From positions 1,303,676 through 1,367,675 of the forward strand of contig BCGN01000004.1 in NCBI GenBank assembly GCA_001599295.1: a DNA stretch of 64,000 nt, given 5' to 3'. Made by a program: the position numbers and the translations under genes. This document shows positions 12,147 through 23,185 of the stretch, piece by piece. Each line of letters starts with the position of its first letter. The stretch's first letter is position 1. The stretch comes from Sporopachydermia quercuum (taxonomy: Eukaryota). The notes under the pieces are model-generated. The model searched no databases and was not told where the DNA came from. It saw only the letters and a program-made list of their open reading frames with translations.

Positions 12147-13382
12147 ATGTCAGTCAAAAGATCTAGATGGGCTTCAGATATTCCCACCAACAAACAGAAA
12201 TATAGTAAGAAGAAGAAGAAAGACAATAAGCAATCAGAAAACTCAAAAAATAGTCTATTACTCTTGGATCCCGAGTTTGAAAAGAAGTATTTACTCGAAA
12301 TTAATGGTGGATCAATTAATCACTGTCAGACAATTGATGATTACGAGGAATTAAGCTTCATAGAACAGGGAACATATGGAGTTGTGATAAAGGCGAAAGA
12401 GAAAACTACAGGTGATATTGTTGCACTGAAAAAGCTAAAATCAGACACAAAGATGCTTGAGTTTCCTCTCACAGGTTTACGTGAGATTCAGTGCTTGCAA
12501 TTGTTGACTCACGAGCATATAATTAACTTTCATAAGGTGATAACAGATATTGACTGTTCTGAGTAAGTATCATAAGAGCTAGAGAGTCAATAACCGGAAT
12601 TTCTTCTTAGAATATTACTAATATGGCTTATTGAAAATAGAGCTTATCTGGTTATGGATTTCATTGATAATAACCTGAGATCAATATTGATTGAAAACGA
12701 TGAAAGGTTTCTACCCTCAGAGGTTAAAACTCTAATGGCACAACTATTATCAGGAGTACATTTTATACACAGTCAAAATATAATTCATCGAGACCTGAAA
12801 ACAAGCAATCTCTTATTAGGAAACGATGGATTATTGAAGATAGCAGATTTTGGAATGGCAAGATTGAATTATAAAGATCCTACTTCTAGTAAACTTACGA
12901 ANGAGGTTGTTTCACTATGGGATAGAGCTCCCGAGTTGCTACTTGGAACAGATTATTATGATGAAAAGATAGATATATGGTCAATAGGGAGTATTTTTGC
13001 AGAAATTGTTACTACAAGACCTCTTTTTCGAGGTAAAAATGAATTGAGTCAAATTGATAAGATTCTCCAAATTCTAGGTAGGCCGGATGAATCGACATTG
13101 GCAATTTATAAGTCATTTCACAATTTCTCTTCGATCAGTTGGAACAAGTACCCTCAAATATCAAATGTCACATTTCTTGACGAGAATCCAGAGTTCAACA
13201 GTTTGTCAAAATCAGGATTGGATCTTTTATTGAATGAGCTATTGCGTCTCAATCCAATTAAGAGAGTATCAGCATTGGATGCACTCAGTCATGACTACTT
13301 TTTTGAACCACCTGCAGCCAAACCAGCTGCTTTGTTTCCATCATTTCCATCGTTCCCGTCTGGAATATCCGAAGGAAAATGA
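12147..13382 (+). CDS. CDK11/PITSLRE-like cyclin-dependent kinase; exons 12147-12562 and 12641-13382
   Basis: Intron 12563-12640 (GTAAGT, TACTAAT at 12616, TAG) joins two ORFs in frame (GA|A, CSE-AYLVMDF). KRSRW N-terminus, IEQGTYGVV, FPLTGLREI, HRDLKTSNLL, DFGMAR and a C-terminal KPAALFPSFPS typical of fungal CDK11. Confidence 0.85.
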
Positions 13383-14083
13383 TTCCACCATCTATCCAGA
13401 GATATAGGAAAAGTATCGTTTGCTCAGNTATCATGAATCTGATAAGATATTTTCAGCTCTCAGAACCGATTGATAGTACTACNTCACGTGAGTTTAATTT
13501 ATAAAGTCACATGATATATTTTATATGAAGTGAGACCTGAAGCTTCCAATGGCGTGTTGATGTTTATTCTATTTTATTTAGTTCATTTATGGATTGTTAT
13601 TCACACATCAGATAGGAAGTCATACTAGGAAGATGAGATGACATAACTACTAATAATTTAATTGGTTCAATTAAAGTAACAAGCAACAAACAACGAACAA
13701 CGAAGAAAAGCAAACTAGTATTGTTCAGCACTAATTATCAACAATACAGAAACTAAATTTTGCATTATCCAGTAGAAGATTAATCATATAAATCACTTAT
13801 ATTATTATTATTCATGCCTGATTCCTTGCATTTGCATATATCATCGGTTAAGAAAACGTTAGCAATCTAACCAAGAAACGCTCTAACGCTCTCAATTACT
13901 TTTTTTTGTTTCCAATTGATGATTATTATTGATGATTATTGAGGACTCAAGGTAATTTGGTTTAAGAATGAAAATTTGAGTTCATCCTGCTACTCATAAG
14001 ATAAGACATAATTATGATGGTATTGTCTATATAAACTCAGCTCAAATTTATAGTATGCGAATCGATTCAAGTAGACTAACAAC

Positions 14084-15883
14084 ATGGATACAGAAAGGAA
14101 ATATGATGCATCCCAGTTTTCTCTTCAAGAGGAATTAGGCAAAGGTAGTTATGGAGTAGTGTATAAAGGAATAGATAAGCAAACGGGGGAAGTTGTTGCA
14201 GTGAAACAAATTGATCTGGAATCAAGCGATGATGACATAGAAGAAATTCAGAAAGAAATAGCTATCTTAGGCACTTGTAATCATGAGAATGTGACGAAAT
14301 ATTATGGGTGCTTTGTTAGAGGCTATAAACTATGGATTGTCATGGAATGTTTACAAGGTGGTTCTTGTCTTGATTTGCTAGTACCCGGACCTTTTGATGA
14401 AGTATCTGTGGGAACAGTCTGTAAGCAGGTTTTACAAGGACTTTCATATTTGCATGAAAATGGTAAAATTCACCGTGATATTAAAGCCGCTAATATTCTC
14501 TTATCGGAACATGGAATAGCTAAACTAGCTGATTTCGGAGTAGCCACTCAGTTATCTAACAATTTATCTCGCAGGTATACATTTGTAGGNACTCCTTATT
14601 GGATGTCGCCTGAGGTTATTTCTGAGAAACCGTATGATTCTAAAGCTGACATTTGGTCAATGGGAATTACAGCAATGGAATTGGCATTAAGGAAACCTCC
14701 TTTGGCTCATATTCATCCAATGAAAGCCTTAATGCAAATTCCTTTATTAGATCCTCCATCATTGAAAGATTACTCTGAATCACAAGGATATCCTACATTT
14801 TCAAAAGAGTTTCAAGATTTTATATCCTGTTGTTTGAAGAAAAATCCCAAGGAAAGATTGAGTGCCAAACAGTTATTGAAACATAAGTTTATTCTCAAGG
14901 CAAAAGATTTTTCTTATCTCTGTAAATTAATTGAAAGGAGGGCCCAATGGGATCTTGAGAATTCTAATGAAATCGCTTCTAAAGTATACATACCAACGGT
15001 GGACCATCCGTCATATTCAATCAACGATGACGATGAAGATGAAGATGAGGAAAATGATTTTGATTCTGGCGAAATGGAATGGGATCTCACAACTATTAGG
15101 CCTAGTAATAAAGAATCAATTGATACTGACAATACCATGAAACAATTGAACAACAATGATAATGATAAGTTCAATTATGACGCTACCATAAGACGCCCTA
15201 ATTCTACAGAATCATTATTATNGACAGAAAATAGAAAGAAACCAGTTCTGAATATCTCCGAAGAAGCAAGACGCCATATCAGCGAATACCTCTCGGATGC
15301 AGCAACAATAGCTGACGATGAAACAACTGAGAACGTTCTCAACACTCACAAGCAATCAATCAATCATTTCAATCCGAGTCACAGCCATAGCAATGAATAT
15401 ATCGGGAACAGTTCTCTTGTTTCGACAGAACTAGAACCTCAACCAGAATCAAATGCCGAAATAGAGCCTGCATTAGCCGCAATGAACCAATGCTTTGTTC
15501 GAGCTGTAAAACAAACTGAGAGCTCAGTAATATCAAAAAGTCCTTATAATACTAATAATAATACTGCAACTGGTTCCACAACTACTACCAATGTGCTAAA
15601 CAAATTTTTCTCTGTTTGGAATGAACTGCAGAAAGAAAATCAAATAGTTGCTGACCGATTCATGTCAAACCTACTAGATACTATTGGTGAAGACCCTGTA
15701 GCATCGTCACATTATCTAAATACAGGGAAACCTTTGACGCCAAAAGAATCAATGAATTTTGAGGAAACATTAAAATCCACAGATATTAACCAACCCCGAG
15801 CAAGGGACAACGTGGAAGAATTGTTACTTAGTCGATGGATCGTTGGTGTGTTAGAGGAGAACAAGTCATCTGCAATAATTTAA
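14084..15883 (+). CDS. STE20/GCK-family Ser/Thr kinase (Sid1/Sps1-like)
   Basis: GKGSYG, VAVKQIDLE..DDDIEEIQKEI, HRDIKAAN, DFGVATQL, TFV(G)TPYWMSPE and a C-terminal ELLLSRW motif. Confidence 0.85.
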   Translation: MDTERKYDASQFSLQEELGKGSYGVVYKGIDKQTGEVVAVKQIDLESSDDDIEEIQKEIAILGTCNHENVTKYYGCFVRGYKLWIVMECLQGGSCLDLLVPGPFDEVSVGTVCKQVLQGLSYLHENGKIHRDIKAANILLSEHGIAKLADFGVATQLSNNLSRRYTFVXTPYWMSPEVISEKPYDSKADIWSMGITAMELALRKPPLAHIHPMKALMQIPLLDPPSLKDYSESQGYPTFSKEFQDFISCCLKKNPKERLSAKQLLKHKFILKAKDFSYLCKLIERRAQWDLENSNEIASKVYIPTVDHPSYSINDDDEDEDEENDFDSGEMEWDLTTIRPSNKESIDTDNTMKQLNNNDNDKFNYDATIRRPNSTESLLXTENRKKPVLNISEEARRHISEYLSDAATIADDETTENVLNTHKQSINHFNPSHSHSNEYIGNSSLVSTELEPQPESNAEIEPALAAMNQCFVRAVKQTESSVISKSPYNTNNNTATGSTTTTNVLNKFFSVWNELQKENQIVADRFMSNLLDTIGEDPVASSHYLNTGKPLTPKESMNFEETLKSTDINQPRARDNVEELLLSRWIVGVLEENKSSAII

Positions 15884-16594
15884 ATAGAAAGGATGAGATA
15901 AAATGTTTGAATGAATGTTAAATGCGTATTTACTCTTTTTTATATTCTTTTCACTTTTTTTGGGCAATTTAGTTTAATATTTCACTATTTCTATTCTTTA
16001 TTATGATTATGATGATAAGGACCGTCAATTAATGATGTTATGGAGTTTTAATGATGAATGTAACGATAGATAAAGAATGAATATGCTGTTGTTAATATAA
16101 ACAGTCTTGCAATTGTTGTAACGTTAGAAATGGGTTTAAATAGTAAGGAAATGACATGGAAACTTGTGGTGGTCTTCTTAGGAGTTAAAAAGACTAAGAA
16201 AGCCCTTTGTACATAAATATATTCAAGTACTTGCCCTTATAACACTTCTAATGGTCATAATAGATGAAAATAGACGATCGAAGTATATATGTCATGATCT
16301 GAATGATATGAGCACAGTTCACCAAGAAAGACTGTTAAGCTATTTATGAAGATCAAAAGCCATTTTTGTTATATATATTTTCAGCATTCTATTATCTTCT
16401 GCTATAACTTTCATGAATTCACCAAATCAGCTATTGACTTATAAATAATTGAAATAAATCATAACTACAGTCCACTGAAATGTATATTAGCATTTCTATT
16501 ACTATTACTGTTTACAGTGCAATTATCAACACCATAAGTATCACCAATCCCAATAACTTTACTGTCGTTAACAATCACTCTTTCTTCTATGCCT

Positions 16595-17917
16595 CTAATA
16601 ATCATTCGATGCACCTAATTCCAACCATATAGGCACACAATTTTCAATTTTCAGATAATCATAATAAGTATAATCACCAGGATCCAGTTTCAAAGTTGTC
16701 GGCTTATTACAATTTCTTTCAACGCTACTAGCAGGATAATTAGAAAAAGGACTATGATGATAACCAATATCCCGAAACCAATGGATTTGATCTTTGTCAG
16801 CAAATAATCCTAAACCAATAGTGTGAACTGGAGCATCACCCCACCTTTCATAAGCAAAACCACCAGCTTTATCTAGATAATCGAAATAAGCAGAATATGC
16901 TTCAGATCTCCAGAAATCCATATTACCAATCTCAAAGTTACTCCAGAAGTGACAGGTAGAATAACCCTGTGAGCCGTCAAATTTCTCAGGCCTATTAGTG
17001 CTTTCAGTAAGAAAATCTAACGAATTTTTCTCATGAAGAAATTCTGGATGCTTTTTTAGAAACTCAAGCGTTGTTGGCCAAAGCGTTCTCATTGACTCCT
17101 GAGCATCAAATATACTAATAGTGAAACCATATACTTTATTGTTATCTTGAAGGTAACGGAAAACATCATAGTTGATATCACAGAAATAATCAGTCTTTGG
17201 TTCAATTCTCCAGTAATATTTAAACTGTTGCATCCTTGGATGATGATAAAACCTACCAGAATACCAACGGCACATTTGGTGGTAAGAGTTCATCCTGGCA
17301 TACTGAACATTATCAGCCTCAAGTTTGGCATATCCTTCGTATTTTTTTCCTTCATCAATCCACGACGGGAAGTTCCAATCATCAGGATCAAGGGTTTCAA
17401 AATAGATAGTTGAATTAGTAGCAGCTCTCAAGAATTCTTTCCTTTTCGCTGTTAATGGACTGTCTGATATAATGACCCAAGGATAATGGAATTTATAATT
17501 AAACACTGCTTCAATATTATTCATGGTTTTGACTAGAGCAAGGGCTTCTCTATTACGTATCAATGATACTAATGTTGCATTTGCCTTGCCGGGATAATTG
17601 AAATTTGGTATTGATGGTGATAATAATTCATCTTGTTCCTGGTCAAGAATTTCATCATTTGACAACAGCATGTGTCGCTTGTCGTAAGTGTTTAAAGTCT
17701 CTTCGTCTAAAGCACGAACCAATTTTCCCTGGGGTTCATTTATTGGTCTTTTCAGCTCTTCCAGCATACGTTTATGTCTAACTTCATAAACCTCCCAAGT
17801 TGTTGCGGGTAAGACTTCTGAAGATAGTTTTGTTCTTTCTGTTTTTGAGAAGAGAAAAAGTATAGTTATAAATAGTACTAATAAGCCTGTTAGCCTTATT
17901 CGACGTAGTTTAAGCAT
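16595..17917 (-). CDS. Golgi alpha-1,2-mannosyltransferase, GT15 KRE2/KTR family (KTR5-like)
   Basis: Type II N-terminal TM; NATLVSLIRN, SYHQMCRWYSG, YYWRIEP, CHFWSNFEI and ERWGDAPVH. Confidence 0.92.
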   Translation of the reverse strand: MLKLRRIRLTGLLVLFITILFLFSKTERTKLSSEVLPATTWEVYEVRHKRMLEELKRPINEPQGKLVRALDEETLNTYDKRHMLLSNDEILDQEQDELLSPSIPNFNYPGKANATLVSLIRNREALALVKTMNNIEAVFNYKFHYPWVIISDSPLTAKRKEFLRAATNSTIYFETLDPDDWNFPSWIDEGKKYEGYAKLEADNVQYARMNSYHQMCRWYSGRFYHHPRMQQFKYYWRIEPKTDYFCDINYDVFRYLQDNNKVYGFTISIFDAQESMRTLWPTTLEFLKKHPEFLHEKNSLDFLTESTNRPEKFDGSQGYSTCHFWSNFEIGNMDFWRSEAYSAYFDYLDKAGGFAYERWGDAPVHTIGLGLFADKDQIHWFRDIGYHHSPFSNYPASSVERNCNKPTTLKLDPGDYTYYDYLKIENCVPIWLELGASNDY

Positions 17918-19855
17918 GATGATTGAAGTGTGGTAGAATTTGTAGGCTAATGGCGAAGAGTGAACAGCTTTTTAGTATAGCCGTAAAGGTTGTTACTACC
18001 TTTCAGTAGAGTATCTTCAGTTGGTGAAAATCGAGAGAGAGCAAGATGACAGTTCACATAAAAACGAGAATATGATGATGATAAAGATAGTAGTAACCAA
18101 CGACAAGAATAAGTGACCATTGGTGAGTCGTTTGTCTCAGGACAATAAGGAAAGTAGACAAAAACAGAGGGAGAGCATGCACATAGTTATATACTAACAG
18201 AACATTCTAAGATGAAATAAAGAATCGTGAACCATTATTTCTAGATCAAAGCATAGAACTCTAATAACCGCTTCTGCTAATAATGGATAGAAACAATGGT
18301 CCTGTCTGTCATTTGCCTGAGAACACTAGAAAGGAAGCAATTGTGCTCACTTGCGATGATGAGGAAATTTTGAAATTAACNGAGGAAACTTTATGGGTAT
18401 CATTTCCGGAATTTTGATGAGGCTGATTAAAGTTTGAGATGTGTACTTTTAAATGAGTGCTGAGCTCTGAACTGGGGGGAAAAAAGGAGAAACAATAAAG
18501 GAGATCAAGAACTCATGTACAATTGTTCTTTGTATTGTGTTACTTTGAGATTCATGTGAATTTGATAACTGGCAATAAGTATTGTTGAATTGAAATTTTT
18601 ATTAATTTCTAGTAGGTGTACTCTTTTAAGCTGTTTGCCTAGAATTGAATGTGGACGTAAAAAGTGAAAACTAAGAGGTTGCCAAGCCGCTAAGTATTAG
18701 ATTTTACGAAACTCAGTCTTTTGTGACGGATAGATTGTAACTTTAATTCCAATGAAACAGGTCACCTGAAAATGCTTGGTAGTGGCTAAAAATAGCATTG
18801 GCGATAACAAATGGAGAATAAAGGAAAGATACAGTATACAGTAAGGAAGAATGCTTGCTAGTTGAAACTATTACTACTAGATGACAAACAGTTCAACTGA
18901 TGGTATTTATTATTACCTGAATATGAAATCGTTCTATAAAAGAAAAGGGGAATAATTTGCGTGCATTGCCATGCTAATAAATTTTAATAGTTTGCTATAT
19001 GTTACTCATATTTCGACCTGTACCGATGACAACTGGTGACTATCAATGATTCTCTCCAGTAGTTAAGGATCCACGAGAAATGAAATCAAGTTTTACAATA
19101 GAACAATAAGCACGGTTGAAATAACTGTTTGTATGACATTCGTATGGAATCAATCATGTTATCTGTTGACTATGGAAAATACAGTACATCGAGGGGTCTT
19201 TAACTACTAGTCGGTACAAGTCAAATAGTGCACTGTTACATTCTTACAGCAAGTTTTCATCAAGTATGATTAAATAGATTTCTTACCGGAGTTAAAAGGT
19301 CAAAAAAATGGTCAGAAAAACTCAACAGTATGACCAGTCCGGTATGGCTCCGATCAACCTATCAAACTGATATTTATTATTAACATAGTGACAGGATCCT
19401 CATGATCCTATTCTCTAAACTCTTTAGCCTATTCAAAATTATACACTTCTGTAAAAGCATTAAATACAACCATTTTTATTCAAAACCCATTAATTCGCCA
19501 TAATAGAAAATACTTATCCACCTTACTCGAGCCGTATATTAAATATTAATAGAAGAAAACAACATGAAAAATAAGGAAAATAAAGTAAAACGAAATACTG
19601 AATAAATAAGAAAACCATAGTGGTAATCTTAACGAATGACCTCCCCCAAAAAAACACTTCATGTTATGAATAAATGAATGAGAATATTATAAGAACTGAG
19701 AAAAAGGAAATAAAGAATGATAAGAATTCTCTCACCGGACAACAATCGATATTGCATTGCATATTAAACCCAATTGACACTAACTATCTTCAAACAACAC
19801 CTAGTTCTCTATTTGTATACTGTAATCTAATAAAGCCTGTGACACATGATATCTG

Positions 19856-22800
19856 TCAATTGATAATATATGCTTTGTTCATGGTATGAATCTCACGACA
19901 AAGAACATGCCAATTGACAACTCTTAGCCAATTCTTCCTAATGCCTTTTCTATCAATACAAACCAATGCTTCTTCAGCAGTGTTTTCATTTTCCTTGTTG
20001 GCTTCAATTTCTGTCGCTAATTCTGTCCCTGATTCTGATGCTATTGCTAACTTCTTCAGTTTCAATTCCTTTGTCTGTCGTAACCTCGATTCATACTGCT
20101 GTTCTTCCCATTTCATCAGTTCGTACATAAATCTGAGATTCGGCTGTATAATTACATTCAAACGGCGAACTCTCACATAAAGATATGCCCGAGGCAACGA
20201 GAAGCCTAGCTTGCGCATAACCTCTGCAATACATACAGTAGCACTGCGGCTAACGCCAACTCTGCAATGAACAAGAACTTTCTCGTCATTAGCATAAGTA
20301 TCATCAATGAACTGTAGACATTCATTCAGTGAGTCTGTTATCGGGCTAATTCCGTCATCTTGTATGTCCTGCACAAATAAGAGCTTTGAGACAGGGACTG
20401 GTTTATTGTCTTTCAACGCCAATTCCCGTTTTTGCTCAAGGACGTCTTCTCGTAAACTAAACATAACACCATCTAAGCTAGTTGTGCATTTGTCGTATAA
20501 AGAAACGAAATTCTCATCAAGTGCTCCTAGCCATTGAACTTCCTCGCCAACTGACAGGACTCTAGTGATACCTAGTCTTGACAGCATCTCAGGGTTATTG
20601 GCATGACCAAGGGAGCCTAGATATAAATGAGGTAGAATTTTAGAAGGCAAAGAACCATCAACTTTAGCGAACCAATCGTCATCTCTTGATTCGGGCAAGA
20701 ACAATGTAGTCATTTCGGTTGGCTCCAAGAGTGTAATCAAATCACCCGTGAGAAGTCTTCCTGCTTCAGCTTCAGTTTTAACCAAGGCAGGCGATAGTCT
20801 TAATAGGAGTTTTTCCATGTACTCCAGTAAAGTAACATCAGAAGGAAAACAAAAGAAAGGTCGATGATACTTCATATGAAGATCTATCCATACAGATGAT
20901 AGAGACTGACCAGTAGCATAAACAAGATAAGCTATTCCAAGTAAAGTAGTCTCCGTATAGCCATCATTACAATATAGTAACACCGAGTTGTTATTGCTAA
21001 TGCCCGAACGAACATATAATAATCGGCACATATTAACAAATGACAGGATTATATCCTGAGAGCAATCCCCTAACCCAACAGAGCCAGAACAAGGAAACTC
21101 CAATTGCAAAGGTTCAAGCTTTACGGGGGTATTATCTGTAGGGATAGTTACCCATACGCCTGAAGTATATTCGAATCTAATAGGAATTTCACCATAATCT
21201 CCATCAAACTTATCATCATCTTTATTTTCTTTTTCCGTCGTTGTAGCTGNATGTTCAGATGATTTATACCCAAACTCTTCGTAAGTAATTGCAAGCATTT
21301 GATTTATTTCATCTAAACTGTTTAGTCGGCTGGTGCCAGTGCAATTAACACATGTGTTCCATTCTATTGGTCTATTGGATTTCCCTTCTTTATACTCGTA
21401 GTACTCTAATTCTGCTATATCAAAAATACTAGAATCAATTGTTTCATCCATATCATTAATAGATTGACTAGTACTACTGACTGTATGCAGAGCTCTGTCG
21501 ATTTCAATATTATGATCCTTTTTATAGAAATTCATCACAAGGAAATCAACCAGGTTACCAAAATATGTATTGCTCATTACTTGAGAGGCACGAGACATTT
21601 GACACATTTCATATTTCTCATGTAGTAAATAATTTGCATCCCAATCTTCTAAATGCTTCTTACATTTAGCCAATCGTGCCAATCGTTTAGTATCGTCACT
21701 CTTTTTCATAATTCTACTCTCAAATGTCCGTTGAATATTCTGAGTATTTATAGTGTTCAATTCTCCAAGAGACAGTAGCTCAGGGTATTTGTCTGCTATA
21801 ATGCCAACTTCATCAGCAGGAAGTAGGAAAGTTCTATAGGAAAATCCATCATTCGATGAGAATGTCTCCATACTTTTAAGAGCTGCCTGAGCCCAGGAGA
21901 TTAACTGAGCCAAACCACGAGCTTTTTCATCGTACTTTGGATCTGAAGAATAAACAATCACATCTGATATTCTAACTAGTTTTGATACTTGACTATGGAA
22001 ATTTCTCAATGAGATACCAACGGCAAGATCCAGGTTTCGAAATACAGGTGTGAATCCATACAGTGCCATCAGATCGCAGAGATCAACTCTTTGTTTGTTA
22101 TTAATATTAAGCAAGTTCAACAGTGGATTNCGTAGCACGAAATGGCCTTCCACTGACTGGGGCTCAATATCACAGCAGTCATGACTTTCGGGATCCAGCA
22201 GTAATGCGTCTCTTTCTCCTTTAGTTAACAGAAACGGTGGGCAGTCTTCATCGTCAAGACTCTCTTGCTTCTCGCTGGGGAAAACTGGTAACGGCCTTAG
22301 GACTTCTTCAGCAGTTACTGAATCTGCTAGCACAGGACCGTCTTCATCGACTTTCACCAGAATAACATGCCTTGATACATTAAGAACTAAAGGTCTGGTA
22401 AGTTCAGTGTTGGGTTTCCCTATTCTAGTTAACGACTCCTGTAAGTTTGATCTGAAAAAAGCCAACTGGGATGGATTTGTAGGGTCTATGCCGTGAAGCC
22501 ATGGGAACATGTAGTCAACGTTTGGTAATGGATTCGAATAGTACCAACAGATAGTATCAACTGCTTGAGGAGCAGTAAGAGGGTAAACTGAGGAAGGTTC
22601 AGATGTTGATAACAGCGGCGTAGCTATTTTGTCTAAAGGTGATTTTGTTTCATTATCTGTACTCAGAACCAAAGGCGGCGCTTGTTCTTTTTTATCTTCT
22701 GTTGATAACGAGCTTAAAGCTTTTAATGTCCCATAAGAAGGACTCGCGGAGACAGAAGAACTACGTGATTCCGATATACTACCCATGCCACTCATGAATT

Positions 22801-23185
22801 TCGAACCGACGGAGAACGAAGGCGGGATATCAGATACGGATAACGACCTCTTTGATGGAACCAGATTATCCGAGTTTTGATCGTCATTATTAGGTTCAAA
22901 GTCTGGCTCCGCAGTTGCTGATATGTCTGAAGATGCTTTAGTACTTGTTGAGCTGCTAGAGAAGTTTGATGTGGTTATATTAACAGAAAGTTCTTCTATT
23001 ATCGGGCTTGTTGATCGTGGTATTGATTGGAACACCTCCACTGAACGTGATACAGAGGTCAAGCTTGTTTTTGTAGAAGGTCTACTATGTGTTAGTAGGC
23101 TCATCCCTATGGAGCCTGTGATGGGCGATAACTGAACAATCGGCCCCTGACCTGAGGACCCCTCTGTTGATGAGCTATTAACCAT
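19856..23185 (-). CDS. PPS1: Dual-specificity protein phosphatase Pps1
   Basis: Catalytic VHCRVGVSRSAT, LPSKILPHLYLGSL, YVRVRRLNVIIQPNLRFMYEL, and Pps1-typical FPWLHG, LRNF and HxKYHRPFFCFPSD blocks. Confidence 0.88.
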   Translation of the reverse strand: MVNSSSTEGSSGQGPIVQLSPITGSIGMSLLTHSRPSTKTSLTSVSRSVEVFQSIPRSTSPIIEELSVNITTSNFSSSSTSTKASSDISATAEPDFEPNNDDQNSDNLVPSKRSLSVSDIPPSFSVGSKFMSGMGSISESRSSSVSASPSYGTLKALSSLSTEDKKEQAPPLVLSTDNETKSPLDKIATPLLSTSEPSSVYPLTAPQAVDTICWYYSNPLPNVDYMFPWLHGIDPTNPSQLAFFRSNLQESLTRIGKPNTELTRPLVLNVSRHVILVKVDEDGPVLADSVTAEEVLRPLPVFPSEKQESLDDEDCPPFLLTKGERDALLLDPESHDCCDIEPQSVEGHFVLXNPLLNLLNINNKQRVDLCDLMALYGFTPVFRNLDLAVGISLRNFHSQVSKLVRISDVIVYSSDPKYDEKARGLAQLISWAQAALKSMETFSSNDGFSYRTFLLPADEVGIIADKYPELLSLGELNTINTQNIQRTFESRIMKKSDDTKRLARLAKCKKHLEDWDANYLLHEKYEMCQMSRASQVMSNTYFGNLVDFLVMNFYKKDHNIEIDRALHTVSSTSQSINDMDETIDSSIFDIAELEYYEYKEGKSNRPIEWNTCVNCTGTSRLNSLDEINQMLAITYEEFGYKSSEHXATTTEKENKDDDKFDGDYGEIPIRFEYTSGVWVTIPTDNTPVKLEPLQLEFPCSGSVGLGDCSQDIILSFVNMCRLLYVRSGISNNNSVLLYCNDGYTETTLLGIAYLVYATGQSLSSVWIDLHMKYHRPFFCFPSDVTLLEYMEKLLLRLSPALVKTEAEAGRLLTGDLITLLEPTEMTTLFLPESRDDDWFAKVDGSLPSKILPHLYLGSLGHANNPEMLSRLGITRVLSVGEEVQWLGALDENFVSLYDKCTTSLDGVMFSLREDVLEQKRELALKDNKPVPVSKLLFVQDIQDDGISPITDSLNECLQFIDDTYANDEKVLVHCRVGVSRSATVCIAEVMRKLGFSLPRAYLYVRVRRLNVIIQPNLRFMYELMKWEEQQYESRLRQTKELKLKKLAIASESGTELATEIEANKENENTAEEALVCIDRKGIRKNWLRVVNWHVLCREIHTMNKAYIIN

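Noticed and set aside
14053..14092. Possible 5' intron of the GCK kinase (GTATGC...GACTAAC...CAG)
   Set aside because: It would be only 40 nt long, and the ATG at 14084 already gives a complete kinase domain.
7493..15883. Three kinases in 8.4 kb as a tandem duplication or cluster
   Set aside because: They belong to distinct ancient subfamilies (CDK9, CDK11, GCK) and show no visible nucleotide similarity.
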